The position numbers and the translations under genes are program-made. DNA of 64,000 nt from a virus: IMG/VR virus record IMGVR_UViG_3300045988_112927, positions 56,519 to 120,518 of that record. One strand, written 5' to 3'. Shown one piece after another: positions 19,632 through 27,515 of the stretch. The first letter of the stretch is position 1. The number at the start of each line of letters is the position of its first letter. The notes under the pieces are model-generated. The model was given only the letters and a program-made list of their open reading frames with translations, made no database searches and had not been told where the DNA came from.

Positions 19632-19700
19632 TGCACAAAAAAACTCTGCAAACTTTGTGCAATCTGACAGCTTGACTCTTTTCCCGAAACGTGGTATTAT
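19632..19700 (+). promoter_or_regulatory. class-2 promoter with inverted-repeat operator TGCACAAAA...TTTGTGCAA
   Basis: Operator halves at ~19632 and ~19654, -35 TTGACT, TG-extended -10 TATTAT; first of ~11 copies. Confidence 0.5.
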
Positions 19701-19735
19701 AATTATACAAGGAAGAGATAAGAGAGGTAAACACT

Positions 19736-20053
19736 ATGACATACACAGTATACACACAGAGAAGAACAAACGCAGGCTACATTACATCAGTTAAACGTAA
19801 GAGTGTTAGTAGAGAAGTAGCATTAGAGATTAAAGCACAGTGTATGGCTAACCCTAATAGACAATGTAAATACATTATAGTAGCTGACAGTAGAGCAGAA
19901 GAATACTTAGCAGAAATTGCTAAAAGAAACGCATTAATAGAAGAAGAGAAAAATAGTCGCTGGGCAATCATTGATGAAATGAATAAGAGAGGTTATCACA
20001 CAAGAGATACAATAGCCTTCCTTAACAAAGATTTAAAGACACAGGCTATCTAA
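19736..20053 (+). CDS. hypothetical protein
   Basis: ORF track 105 aa, good RBS. Confidence 0.4.
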   Translation: MTYTVYTQRRTNAGYITSVKRKSVSREVALEIKAQCMANPNRQCKYIIVADSRAEEYLAEIAKRNALIEEEKNSRWAIIDEMNKRGYHTRDTIAFLNKDLKTQAI

Positions 20054-20084
20054 TAACACACAGTAAAAAAGACACGCAAAGCTA

Positions 20085-20113
20085 TTGACAAAACACAGTA
20101 AACGTGCTATAAT
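20085..20113 (+). promoter_or_regulatory. sigma70-type promoter TTGACA-17-TATAAT
   Basis: Consensus hexamers with TG extension. Confidence 0.55.
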
Positions 20114-20138
20114 AACAGTAGAAAGAGAGGTAAAGAGT

Positions 20139-20276
20139 ATGATAACAAAGACATTCACACAAAAAGGACAGATGATTAACTACTACAACAAAGTAAGACA
20201 GAATAAGAAGATAACATTCTGTATGTGTAGTCTTGATGCAGAGCTTGGCTACTGTGTAAGATACTCTTACAACTAA
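20139..20276 (+). CDS. small hypothetical protein (45 aa)
   Basis: ATG at 20139 after RBS AGAGAGG; ORF track start at 20085 lies in promoter. Confidence 0.35.
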   Translation: MITKTFTQKGQMINYYNKVRQNKKITFCMCSLDAELGYCVRYSYN

Positions 20277-20300
20277 ATACATAGAAAAGAGGAGATAACC

Positions 20301-20627
20301 ATGAGAAGAAGAAAGAATGAGTATGAAGTAGAAGATACATTAACAGTAGTAGAGATACTGCAAGGTATAGGCATACTGTTGTTACTACTCCTGGTTATAG
20401 GTGTAGCGGGCTATGTAGAGACACACTATGACAGAGAGGACTGTACAGTGGTGAGTGTGATAGGCTCATGCGTAACAGCAGAGGATAAGGTAGGAGAGCT
20501 ATGGAGCTACTACACAGACACAGATAGTACAGTAGTAATAGGTGACACAGTGACACTACACATGTACACTAACAACACAGACAACACAATCTATGATGAT
20601 GAGGTGATAGGAGTAGATGTACATTAG
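20301..20627 (+). CDS. small membrane protein
   Basis: 108 aa, TM segment near N-terminus. Confidence 0.4.
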   Translation: MRRRKNEYEVEDTLTVVEILQGIGILLLLLLVIGVAGYVETHYDREDCTVVSVIGSCVTAEDKVGELWSYYTDTDSTVVIGDTVTLHMYTNNTDNTIYDDEVIGVDVH

Positions 20628-20649
20628 TACATCTACAAAACCTCGCCAT

Positions 20650-20682
20650 AGGCGCGCCCACGGCTGAGGCGCGCCTTATTCG
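20650..20682 (+). terminator. GC-rich hairpin terminator (family member)
   Basis: GGCGCGCCCACGGCTGAGGCGCGCC then TTATTCGC. Confidence 0.45.
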
Positions 20683-20696
20683 CACTATTGGTAATC

Positions 20697-20764
20697 CTGC
20701 ACAAAAACGAGAGAGAAAATTTGTTCAATTTACCTATTGTATTTTATCCCGAAAGTGGTATACT
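20697..20764 (+). promoter_or_regulatory. class-2 operator/promoter copy
   Basis: CTGCACAAAAA...TTTGTTCAA then CCTATTGTATTTTATCCCGAAAGTGGTATACTATAAT. Confidence 0.45.
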
Positions 20765-20769
20765 ATAAT

Positions 20770-20860
20770 CAGAAGGAAGGCAATGGAGAGCAAAGGAGTA
20801 CAGGTGCTTGACTAACACGCCTAGCCAAGTGCTTAGGAAACGCTCTCCACCCTTTCAAAA
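20770..20860 (+). ncRNA. candidate short structured transcript (no credible ORF; 10-aa mini-ORF only)
   Basis: Downstream of class-2 promoter; long-range GGAGAGC...GCTCTCC stem enclosing repeated AAGTGCTTG/CAAGTGCTT. Confidence 0.2.
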
Positions 20861-20876
20861 AAATAAAAAAAAAGTG

Positions 20877-20905
20877 TTGACAGAATAGCACGAAGATGCT
20901 ATAAT
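20877..20905 (+). promoter_or_regulatory. sigma70-type promoter with A-tract UP element
   Basis: AAAAAAAAAGTG-TTGACA-17-TGCTATAAT. Confidence 0.55.
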
Positions 20906-20939
20906 AATTATAGAAACAAGGAAAGGTAAGGTATTAAAG

Positions 20940-21182
20940 ATGAATAAAGAACAGATGATGGATGAAGTAATTAGAATGTATGGTTTTGAAAATAAATGGA
21001 CAATTTGGTTTTGCGAACTCGCAGAGGTTCTTACAGAAAGCCAGTTGTTAAATGCTTACATCATTCTCAAAGCTGGAGTTGTCCCAGTAGAGGAAGATGA
21101 AGAAGAGTATGAAGAGCCAGATGACATTGATAGCGATTTTGGTTTTGACCCTTACATGGGATGTTGCTCTTATGATTGTTAA
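20940..21182 (+). CDS. hypothetical acidic protein
   Basis: ORF track 80 aa. Confidence 0.4.
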   Translation: MNKEQMMDEVIRMYGFENKWTIWFCELAEVLTESQLLNAYIILKAGVVPVEEDEEEYEEPDDIDSDFGFDPYMGCCSYDC

Positions 21183-21190
21183 AAAAAGGG

Positions 21191-21219
21191 TTGACAAACA
21201 ACCCCAATCGTGCTAAAAT
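21191..21219 (+). promoter_or_regulatory. promoter with -35 inside hairpin GGGTTGACAAACAACCC
   Basis: TTGACA-17-TAAAAT; GGGTTG/CAACCC inverted repeat spans the -35. Confidence 0.45.
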
Positions 21220-21258
21220 AAATGTATAAAGAAAAGGAAAGAAAAGAGGTAAATAAAA

Positions 21259-21576
21259 ATGTTTGTATTCTTAGCGATAGTTTTTACAGTGGTTGTTGGT
21301 TTATTCATTGGTTGTATGTTTACTACAAGTATGAATGGTTGGAAAAGAGGACTTGTGACATTAGCGATTGCGGTTTGCGTAGGTTGTGGAATTTCAGCTA
21401 TGTTCTGCGCAGAAAGAAATAGTGATGTAAAAGCTTGGAATAATGGCTCTTGTGAGTGCGGCGGCACTTGGGAGTTTAGTAATGCGGAGCACTTGAGAAA
21501 TAGTGGCAACTTTTACTATTGGTATTGTGAAGATTGCGGTAGAGTAATTGAATTGCACACACAGTTTACAAAATAA
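21259..21576 (+). CDS. membrane protein with C-terminal zinc ribbon
   Basis: 105 aa; TM segments then CECGG...CEDCG. Confidence 0.4.
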   Translation: MFVFLAIVFTVVVGLFIGCMFTTSMNGWKRGLVTLAIAVCVGCGISAMFCAERNSDVKAWNNGSCECGGTWEFSNAEHLRNSGNFYYWYCEDCGRVIELHTQFTK

Positions 21577-21580
21577 GGGG

Positions 21581-21609
21581 TTGACAAAACCCCATAACCA
21601 TGATAAAAT
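21581..21609 (+). promoter_or_regulatory. promoter with -35 in hairpin GGGGTTGACAAAACCCC
   Basis: TTGACA-17-TAAAAT. Confidence 0.45.
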
Positions 21610-21636
21610 AATTATAGTAAAAGAGAGGTGAACAAC

Positions 21637-21786
21637 ATGGAAGAATTGGCAAGAGAGTATGAACGCAAACATGCGGGTCATGTGACTAAAATAACAGACT
21701 ATTCTTTTGAGTTTGAGACAGTACCAAACAAAGATGGAAAAGTTGAAAAGTATGTTGTGATGTTAAGTTATTTTCTTAAATTGTAA
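21637..21786 (+). CDS. small hypothetical protein (49 aa)
   Basis: ATG 21637 after GAGAGGTG RBS; MEELAREYERKHAGH... Confidence 0.35.
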   Translation: MEELAREYERKHAGHVTKITDYSFEFETVPNKDGKVEKYVVMLSYFLKL

Positions 21787-21794
21787 AAAAGTGC

Positions 21795-21823
21795 TTGACA
21801 AATAATCGTCTAAATGCTATAAT
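21795..21823 (+). promoter_or_regulatory. sigma70-type promoter
   Basis: TTGACA-17-TGCTATAAT. Confidence 0.55.
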
Positions 21824-21853
21824 TAGATTATCAAAAGGAAAGAGGTAAACAAA

Positions 21854-22036
21854 ATGAAAACAGTTATTATTGAATACGCAACAATCGCACCTGATGTGTT
21901 GATTATGAAAATTGAAAAGGCTTTCCCTGGAGCGATGGCAATCTTCAAGGACATTGATGAAGACTACTTTGAGTTTTCTGTTTGGGGTTGCAATGACCTC
22001 GCAATGCTTGAGGATGTTTTGGCTGAGTACATGTAA
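21854..22036 (+). CDS. small hypothetical protein
   Basis: ORF track 60 aa. Confidence 0.35.
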   Translation: MKTVIIEYATIAPDVLIMKIEKAFPGAMAIFKDIDEDYFEFSVWGCNDLAMLEDVLAEYM

Positions 22037-22052
22037 TTCAGCCAATTCTTTT

Positions 22053-22090
22053 GCGCCGCGCGTCCATGGCCCAGACGCGCGGTATTCGCT
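22053..22090 (+). terminator. GC-rich hairpin terminator (family member)
   Basis: GCGCCGCGCGTCCATGGCCCAGACGCGCGGT then ATTCGC. Confidence 0.45.
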
Positions 22091-22103
22091 ATTTTAGTTA
22101 TTC

Positions 22104-22171
22104 TGCACAATTTTCTGGCAAAAACTTTGTGCAATTTGCCAATAGACGCAATCCCGAAATCATGGTATACT
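22104..22171 (+). promoter_or_regulatory. class-2 operator/promoter copy
   Basis: CTGCACAA-N15-TTTGTGCAA then CCCGAAATCATGGTATACT. Confidence 0.45.
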
Positions 22172-22197
22172 CTTAGTATAAAGAAAGAGGTGATACA

Positions 22198-22356
22198 ATG
22201 GAACGCAGAGGTTATCTTGTAATCCAAGAGAAAAGAAGTCACTTCTTAGTGACATTAAAAAATAAAACAGTAATAGATAGAATGATGACACAAGCAGAGT
22301 TAAAGGCAATTATGAAAGAATTTGTAGTTATTGGAATAAAAGTATTGACAGAGTAG
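22198..22356 (+). CDS. small hypothetical protein (52 aa)
   Basis: ATG 22198 after AAAGAAAGAGG; MERRGYLVIQEKRSHF... Confidence 0.35.
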   Translation: MERRGYLVIQEKRSHFLVTLKNKTVIDRMMTQAELKAIMKEFVVIGIKVLTE

Positions 22357-22373
22357 TCAATACGTGTTATAAT
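22345..22373 (+). promoter_or_regulatory. sigma70-type promoter overlapping 3' end of upstream gene
   Basis: TTGACA-17-TGTTATAAT. Confidence 0.5.
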
Positions 22374-22402
22374 TAGATTATCAAAAGGGGAGAGTAATAA
22401 AA

Positions 22403-22792
22403 ATGAATACAATTTATTTAATGAAAGACGAAAAGAAAGATTTTGCATTATTAAAAGTTGGTTTTGCAACAGACCTAAACAAAAGAATTTATGTGTACAC
22501 AACTCACAATCCACTCATTGAATGTATTAGTCATGTAGACACAAGAGAATCAAGTAAACACAAAATTGAAGGTATGTTCCATGATGAAATTTCTCGTAGA
22601 GGTTATTCTTTTGTAAGTGCAAAAATTGATGGAAAGCGCACAGAGTGGTTTAAAATCGACTATGATGACCCATTTTACAAAGAAGTTTGTGAAAAAGGTT
22701 TAAATGCTTTTTCTTGCGGTAAGAATAGAAAAAATCATGGTTATTTCGTAACAGACGCTAAAAAAAGTATTGACAGAATTGCAAATTGGTAG
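22403..22792 (+). CDS. GIY-YIG/T5orf172-like nuclease domain protein
   Basis: IYLMKDEKKDFALLKVGFATDLNKRI resembles GIY...YIG...R motif; C-terminal TEWFK. Confidence 0.4.
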   Translation: MNTIYLMKDEKKDFALLKVGFATDLNKRIYVYTTHNPLIECISHVDTRESSKHKIEGMFHDEISRRGYSFVSAKIDGKRTEWFKIDYDDPFYKEVCEKGLNAFSCGKNRKNHGYFVTDAKKSIDRIANW

Positions 22793-22798
22793 TATAAT
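22770..22798 (+). promoter_or_regulatory. sigma70-type promoter
   Basis: TTGACA-17-TATAAT overlapping end of 22403..22792. Confidence 0.5.
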
Positions 22799-22828
22799 AA
22801 ATGTATAAAAGGAAAGGAAATAAAAACA

Positions 22829-23233
22829 ATGAAGAAAGTAGTAGATTTTAGACAGTATGTATCTTTTGATAATGGAGAAACTTTTGAGGACACAAGTATT
22901 TGGAGACATCTTCACTATGGAGAACCAATAGAAGAAGTAGAAGTGTTAGAAACCTTTGAACAGGCTTATGACTACATCAAAGAAAACAATCTGATGAATG
23001 CAGAAATTGACGCAACTTTTTTCAGAGGTCGCAAGCAAATTCACATTTCAACCGCAGATTTTGATTACAGAAGAACTTTTACAGAAAAGAACTTCAAGCC
23101 TATCATTGTAAAATCTGTATTCCAAGAGGAAACAAGTAAAATGTCAATGAAGAACCTTGCAAGCATGCTTTCAGCAGATGATTTTTGCAAGTGGCTCAAA
23201 GATAGAGGTATTACGCAGATTGCAGAGGTGTAA
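22829..23233 (+). CDS. hypothetical protein
   Basis: ORF track 134 aa. Confidence 0.4.
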   Translation: MKKVVDFRQYVSFDNGETFEDTSIWRHLHYGEPIEEVEVLETFEQAYDYIKENNLMNAEIDATFFRGRKQIHISTADFDYRRTFTEKNFKPIIVKSVFQEETSKMSMKNLASMLSADDFCKWLKDRGITQIAEV

Positions 23234-23236
23234 ACA

Positions 23237-23419
23237 ATGAAAAAAGATGATTTAATTTTTATACTTAATCTATTGTATCTAATTCCTATTTGTATCCTAT
23301 CTTGTTACTGTCTATACTTGATAGGATACGAGGGAGAATTTTACATTTTAGCTTTTGGTGGATTTACAATCTTTTTTATAATTATTTTTAATTTAATACT
23401 TGACAAAATCTTTCGATAG
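23237..23419 (+). CDS. small membrane protein
   Basis: 60 aa, two hydrophobic segments. Confidence 0.35.
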   Translation: MKKDDLIFILNLLYLIPICILSCYCLYLIGYEGEFYILAFGGFTIFFIIIFNLILDKIFR

Positions 23420-23428
23420 TGGTATTAT
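23400..23428 (+). promoter_or_regulatory. sigma70-type promoter
   Basis: TTGACA-17-TATTAT with TG. Confidence 0.5.
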
Positions 23429-23453
23429 AATTATAGAAAGAGAGGTAATGACC

Positions 23454-23762
23454 ATGTTGAAACAGTATCAAGTAACACTCCTTTGTGAGAATGGAAAATA
23501 CAGACCAGTTAGCACAATAGTAACAATGGAAGAGACTTCCGACAAGAAAGAAATTATGAAAGCTGGACAGAAAAAGATTATGATTCAGCGCTATTGGACA
23601 ATGGCAGACCTTAAGAAGTATGGTTACACCAAAGGTAAAGTCAGAGAGTATGACAAAGAAAAAATTGCCAAAGAGAACGCAGAACGCTATGAGGCAATCA
23701 AAGAAGCAAAATACGCAAGTGGCGAGTGGAAAAGACCAAAAAAAGATTCGGAAAAGGCTTGA
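23454..23762 (+). CDS. hypothetical Lys/Glu-rich protein
   Basis: Start at second ATG 23454 (MLKQYQ) 8 nt after GAGG; track start 23400 lies in promoter. Confidence 0.4.
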   Translation: MLKQYQVTLLCENGKYRPVSTIVTMEETSDKKEIMKAGQKKIMIQRYWTMADLKKYGYTKGKVREYDKEKIAKENAERYEAIKEAKYASGEWKRPKKDSEKA

Positions 23763-23789
23763 CAATCAAGCCTTTCCGTAGTATAATAA
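23760..23789 (+). promoter_or_regulatory. promoter with -35 inside hairpin AAGGCTTGACAATCAAGCCTT
   Basis: TTGACA-18-TATAAT. Confidence 0.45.
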
Positions 23790-23818
23790 AAGTACAAAAG
23801 AGATAGAGGTGATAAAAA

Positions 23819-23989
23819 TGATGACATTCGTACCAGTAGAAAAAAGAAGTAAAAAAGAACAGAAAGCCTACTACGCAAGTCAGCGAGGTACAAATGGGTT
23901 CAACACAGGAACTCGAACAATGAAAACACCAAAAAACCCAAGTCGAGCAATGCAAAAAGATGCATGGCGAAAAGGTCGAGAAATTTAAT
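23819..23989 (+). CDS. small basic protein (56 aa)
   Basis: MMTFVPVEKRSKKEQKAYYASQRGTNGF...; RBS GAGGTG. Confidence 0.35.
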
Positions 23990-24006
23990 CTCGACCTTTT
24001 AAGTTT

Positions 24007-24042
24007 GGCGCGGCGCGCACGACCCTTGCGCGCCGAATTTTT
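24007..24042 (+). terminator. GC-rich hairpin terminator (family member)
   Basis: CGGCGCGCACGACCCTTGCGCGCCG then AATTTTT. Confidence 0.5.
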
Positions 24043-24055
24043 GTCAAGAGGTAAT

Positions 24056-24125
24056 CTGCACAAATTTATTTGTGAAATTTTGTACAATTTGCCTATTGTA
24101 ATTTATCCCGAAATGGGTTATACTT
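24056..24125 (+). promoter_or_regulatory. class-2 operator/promoter copy
   Basis: CTGCACAAATTT...TTTTGTACAA then CCTATTGTAATTTATCCCGAAATGGGTTATACT. Confidence 0.45.
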
Positions 24126-24156
24126 ATTACAGAGATAAGGAAAGGGGGTCACCGCT

Positions 24157-24309
24157 ATGATGGTAACCTTAGATTTTAGCAAGAATTACCGAGAGCAGAC
24201 AGAAGAAGTTAAAAAGGCAATTAGTGAACATGATTTCTATGAGGTGGCTAATTTGGTAGGTTTTAAGGTAGTATTAAAAAAAATGAGAAAAAATAAGAAA
24301 AAGGGTTGA
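24157..24309 (+). CDS. small hypothetical protein (50 aa)
   Basis: MMVTLDFSKNYREQTEEVKK...; stop TGA lies inside next promoter -35. Confidence 0.35.
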   Translation: MMVTLDFSKNYREQTEEVKKAISEHDFYEVANLVGFKVVLKKMRKNKKKG

Positions 24310-24334
24310 CAAACACCATCGACTATGGTATTAT
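24306..24334 (+). promoter_or_regulatory. sigma70-type promoter
   Basis: GGGTTGACA-17-TATTAT. Confidence 0.5.
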
Positions 24335-24368
24335 AATTATAGAAAAAGGAAAGGAAAGGTAATAAATT

Positions 24369-24836
24369 ATGAGAGAAGAAAAGGTTTTAGTATTTGACAT
24401 GGACGGAACAATCGCAAATCTGTATGGAGTAGTTGGTTGGTTGGAAGATTTAAGAAATAGCAATCCAAGACCATACATTGAAGCAGAACCTATGTATGAC
24501 ATGGAAGTTCTTGTAGCACTTCTGTTAGCACTTAAAAACTTTGGTTGGAAGATTGTAGTAACAAGTTGGTTAGCAAAAGAAAGCACAAAAGACTATGATG
24601 AATTGGTTAGAGTAGCAAAAAGAGATTGGTTGAAAAAGTACAATTTCCCTGCTGATGAAATCCACCTTGTAAAGTATGGCACTACAAAAGCAAATTGCAC
24701 AAGAAAACATGGTGGTTTCCAAGTGTTAGTAGATGACAATGAGCAAGTGAGAAAAGGTTGGCACTTAGGCAACACAATCAACGCAAATGAAAACATTCTT
24801 GAACAGTTGTTAAATCTGTTAGTGGCTGAAATGTAA
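24369..24836 (+). CDS. HAD-superfamily phosphatase, 5'(3')-deoxyribonucleotidase-like
   Basis: VLVFDMDGTIANL (DxDGT motif I) and VLVDDN (motif IV-like). Confidence 0.55.
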   Translation: MREEKVLVFDMDGTIANLYGVVGWLEDLRNSNPRPYIEAEPMYDMEVLVALLLALKNFGWKIVVTSWLAKESTKDYDELVRVAKRDWLKKYNFPADEIHLVKYGTTKANCTRKHGGFQVLVDDNEQVRKGWHLGNTINANENILEQLLNLLVAEM

Positions 24837-24894
24837 GCCACTAACAGAACGAAAGAAAAAGTTTGCGGATTGGTAAAAAATTGGAAAAAAGCGC

Positions 24895-24923
24895 TTGACA
24901 AAATATTTGCCCCATGCTATAAT
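24895..24923 (+). promoter_or_regulatory. sigma70-type promoter
   Basis: TTGACA-17-TGCTATAAT. Confidence 0.55.
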
Positions 24924-24953
24924 TAAACTATCAAAAGGAAAGGAAATAAAACA

Positions 24954-25256
24954 ATGCAAGCGACAGGAATTATCAGAAGAATTGATGATTTAGGAAGAAT
25001 TGTTATTCCCAGAGAAATCAGAAGACAGTTAAAAATTGGAGAGAGTGACCCACTTGAAATTTTCCTCTCAAGAGATGGAGAAATCATCCTCAAGCCTTAC
25101 AGGACAGAATACACTTTGCGAAAGGCTGATGATTGGGAAGAATTGGAAGACCCACAAGGAAAAGTGGTTGCACAGGGTCATAGACTTAGCGTAGAGGAAA
25201 TTCTTTCTGCTGTTGGTGTAGAATTTCAGATAGAAGAAATTGAAGAGGAGGACTAA
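24954..25256 (+). CDS. AbrB/SpoVT-type DNA-binding regulator (second copy)
   Basis: IRRIDDLGRIVIPREIRRQLKIGESDPLEIF classic swapped-hairpin N-domain. Confidence 0.65.
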   Translation: MQATGIIRRIDDLGRIVIPREIRRQLKIGESDPLEIFLSRDGEIILKPYRTEYTLRKADDWEELEDPQGKVVAQGHRLSVEEILSAVGVEFQIEEIEEED

Positions 25257-25259
25257 AAA

Positions 25260-25463
25260 ATGGCAATGGATTCAGTTGGAGCAATTATCAATCACAGTAT
25301 GACAATTAGCAACATGATTGCGGTAGAACAAGAGCGAGAGCGCAAACACGCAATAAATCCAAGGTGCAAGCCCGCAAATTTTGGTGGAGTTGCTTCTTAC
25401 ATTGAGTATGCGACAGGCGTTAAATGTTCTGCAGAAGATGTAAAAAAAGTGTTGACAAAGTAG
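25260..25463 (+). CDS. small hypothetical protein
   Basis: ORF track 67 aa, coupled to upstream gene. Confidence 0.35.
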   Translation: MAMDSVGAIINHSMTISNMIAVEQERERKHAINPRCKPANFGGVASYIEYATGVKCSAEDVKKVLTK

Positions 25464-25480
25464 CCAATCAGTGCTATAAT
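25452..25480 (+). promoter_or_regulatory. sigma70-type promoter
   Basis: TTGACA-17-TGCTATAAT. Confidence 0.55.
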
Positions 25481-25486
25481 TAAAAC

Positions 25487-25655
25487 ATAGAAAGGAAGTG
25501 AAAGAAATGAGAAGTCCTCCGAGGTAAAACCCACAAGATAGGAAATTGCGGAAACGCACTCGCCAAAGGTCATGCACATTAGGGCGGGATAGCAATGCGA
25601 CCGAGTGCTCTCTGAAGTGCGTAGGAGAGTTGAGCCAGTTGGGACACTGGCTCTT
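25487..25655 (+). ncRNA. candidate ~165-nt non-coding RNA (promoter to terminator, only a 6-codon ORF)
   Basis: Bounded by consensus promoter and GAGCCAGT..ACTGGCTC-TTTTT terminator; GC-richer than surroundings. Confidence 0.3.
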
Positions 25656-25658
25656 TTT

Positions 25659-25697
25659 ATTTGGCGGCGCGCTGACGTTCCTGGCGCGCCGCATTTT
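25659..25697 (+). terminator. GC-rich hairpin terminator (family member)
   Basis: GGCGGCGCGCTGACGTTCCTGGCGCGCCGC then ATTTT. Confidence 0.45.
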
Positions 25698-25708
25698 ACG
25701 AGAGTAGC

Positions 25709-25785
25709 AATCTGCACAATTTCTGCTTTAAAAATTTGGTTATTTTACCTATTGTATTTTATCCCAAAATGGGGTATTATAATAG
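25709..25785 (+). promoter_or_regulatory. class-2 operator/promoter copy
   Basis: TCTGCACAATTTCTG... then CCTATTGTATTTTATCCCAAAATGGGGTATTATAAT. Confidence 0.45.
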
Positions 25786-25873
25786 TGTCAAGAGGGAAGC
25801 GGTTGCTGAAAGGAACTACTCAAAAACCTTAAAGGGTGCAACCTAGGGAGTCAAAAAAAGTTTCAAAAAACTC

Positions 25874-25902
25874 TTGACAACCTCATACGAAAGTGATATA
25901 AT
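25874..25902 (+). promoter_or_regulatory. sigma70-type promoter
   Basis: TTGACA-17-TGATATAAT. Confidence 0.55.
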
Positions 25903-25936
25903 TAAATCAAGATAAAGGAAAGGAAAGGTAAATAAA

Positions 25937-26092
25937 ATGAGAATTGAGAGAAGTGACGACAAGGCTTATCCATACACAATTAAAGGTGGTTGGGGCGACA
26001 AGGTTTATTGTACAGAAGATGGTCTGAAAGAGCTTAAAAGAGAAATCAATAAAATTCTTAAAGAAAATAAAGAAAAAGGGTTGACAAAATAA
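25937..26092 (+). CDS. small hypothetical protein (51 aa)
   Basis: MRIERSDDKAYPYTIKGGWGDKVYC...; stop overlaps next -35. Confidence 0.35.
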   Translation: MRIERSDDKAYPYTIKGGWGDKVYCTEDGLKELKREINKILKENKEKGLTK

Positions 26093-26109
26093 TCCAAACG
26101 TGGTATTAT
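26081..26109 (+). promoter_or_regulatory. sigma70-type promoter
   Basis: GGGTTGACA-17-TATTAT. Confidence 0.5.
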
Positions 26110-26143
26110 AATAATAGAAAGAGGAAAGGAAAGGTACAAAACA

Positions 26144-26599
26144 ATGACAAAGGAAAGAATGATTAAATTATACAGACAGTTCAGCGGAGCAGATAGTTAC
26201 ATCGTAGGTTTTACTTACAAGCACTTATTATACATGATTAAAGTTAAAGAGTTAATGCCAAGACAAATGCAAGTTCTTCACTCTTCACACAAGAATGGTT
26301 ATCAGCCAAAGCTTCAGTTGGTACTTAATAATCACTTAAAAGAACAGTTCATTCGCAAAGGTGCTATTTGCTTAGGTAGTGAAGATTTGATTATGAACGG
26401 CGAATACAACAAGGGTGTTGAGTTTGAAAGACTTGTTTGCGAAATGAATGGTATCGAGTTCAGAGGTAAAGACAGTGTTGGCTTTTGGGTTGGCGGTGAT
26501 GTTGAAATTGAGGGCGAACAGATTCAAGTAAAATTCCAGGGTGCGCAGATTGTAGCAGAAAAAACTTTGGTAAGATTGCAAAAGGGCTTAGTTGGTTAA
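26144..26599 (+). CDS. hypothetical protein
   Basis: ORF track 151 aa. Confidence 0.4.
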   Translation: MTKERMIKLYRQFSGADSYIVGFTYKHLLYMIKVKELMPRQMQVLHSSHKNGYQPKLQLVLNNHLKEQFIRKGAICLGSEDLIMNGEYNKGVEFERLVCEMNGIEFRGKDSVGFWVGGDVEIEGEQIQVKFQGAQIVAEKTLVRLQKGLVG

Positions 26600-26610
26600 G
26601 CCCTTTTAGA
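26583..26610 (+). terminator. intrinsic terminator
   Basis: GGGCTTAGTTGGTTAAGCCC then TTTT. Confidence 0.45.
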
Positions 26611-26622
26611 AAAGAGGTAAAA

Positions 26623-26757
26623 TGTTAAAAGTTGAGCCAATAGCAAACATTAGTTCTTTAGGTTATAAATTGCCGAAAGACCAAAAGAAGAAGAAAAAGA
26701 AAAAAGAAAAGAAAGAAGATTTTGCGGTAGTCTATAAAAAAGTTATTGACAAATAAA
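26623..26757 (+). CDS. small Lys-rich protein (44 aa)
   Basis: MLKVEPIANISSLGYKLPKDQKKKKKKKEKKED... Confidence 0.25.
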
Positions 26758-26774
26758 TAAAAAAATGTTATAAT
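26746..26774 (+). promoter_or_regulatory. sigma70-type promoter
   Basis: TTGACA-17-TGTTATAAT. Confidence 0.5.
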
Positions 26775-26811
26775 ATTTATATAAGATAAAAGAAAGGAAA
26801 GGTAAAACAGT

Positions 26812-26937
26812 ATGACAAAAGTATCCTATGTAGTAACTTATCCAAATAAGACAAAAGAGATTGTTAAAACTCTCGCAGAGGCTCAAGCTGCAAAGCAAAA
26901 GGGCGCAACTTACAAAGTGGTTTACTCTAAACTCTAA
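26812..26937 (+). CDS. small hypothetical protein (41 aa)
   Basis: MTKVSYVVTYPNKTKEIVKTLAEAQAAKQKG... Confidence 0.3.
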   Translation: MTKVSYVVTYPNKTKEIVKTLAEAQAAKQKGATYKVVYSKL

Positions 26938-26973
26938 AGGGGTCGCCCCCTTAAGGGGGCAGAAAGGACGATT

Positions 26974-27270
26974 ATGAAATATTATAGATTTACAGCAGAT
27001 ACACCTTATTGCGGAACTGAAAACACAACTTACATAAAGTTTGAAATAGAACCAACAGAAAGTGAACTTGCAGACATTGCGGCAGACTTAAACGCAAGCA
27101 ACGCAGAATCCTATGAATACATGGTTTTTGGTTGGGACGCCGACCCTGTCGCAGATGGCGAAATGACAGAAGAAGAGTATGAGGAAGAAATGGAATCTTA
27201 CAGAGAAGATTGCACTTGCTTTTATGATGAAGTTTCAGAAGAGGAATATTTTGAAAATGGGGGAGAGTAA
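26974..27270 (+). CDS. hypothetical acidic protein
   Basis: ORF track 98 aa, Glu/Asp-rich. Confidence 0.4.
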   Translation: MKYYRFTADTPYCGTENTTYIKFEIEPTESELADIAADLNASNAESYEYMVFGWDADPVADGEMTEEEYEEEMESYREDCTCFYDEVSEEEYFENGGE

Positions 27271-27327
27271 TCTCTCCCATTTTTAATTTGCGCCGGGCGC
27301 GCACGATTCTCGCGCCCGGTTTTTCGG
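27258..27327 (+). terminator. tandem terminators (GGGGGAGAG..CTCTCCC-TTTTT, then GC-rich hairpin family member)
   Basis: Two consecutive hairpins each followed by T-run. Confidence 0.45.
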
Positions 27328-27376
27328 GATAACCTTTCATTATAACATTTTTTCGGCGAATTGTCAACTGGCAGAT

Positions 27377-27444
27377 TGCACAAAGATTTTCCTGTAATTT
27401 TGTGCAATCTGCCAGTTGTATTTTGGGCGCAGATAGGTTATAAT
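27377..27444 (+). promoter_or_regulatory. class-2 operator/promoter, best palindrome GGCAGATTGCACAA-N15-TTGTGCAATCTGCC
   Basis: 14-bp perfect inverted arms, then GTTGTATTTTGGGCGCAGATAGGTTATAAT. Confidence 0.55.
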
Positions 27445-27515
27445 AATAATGTCAAGAGGGAGTGGGAGCAAACCTTTGGGAACTCTCCTCAACAAAAAAA
27501 AGTTGGAAAAACCTC

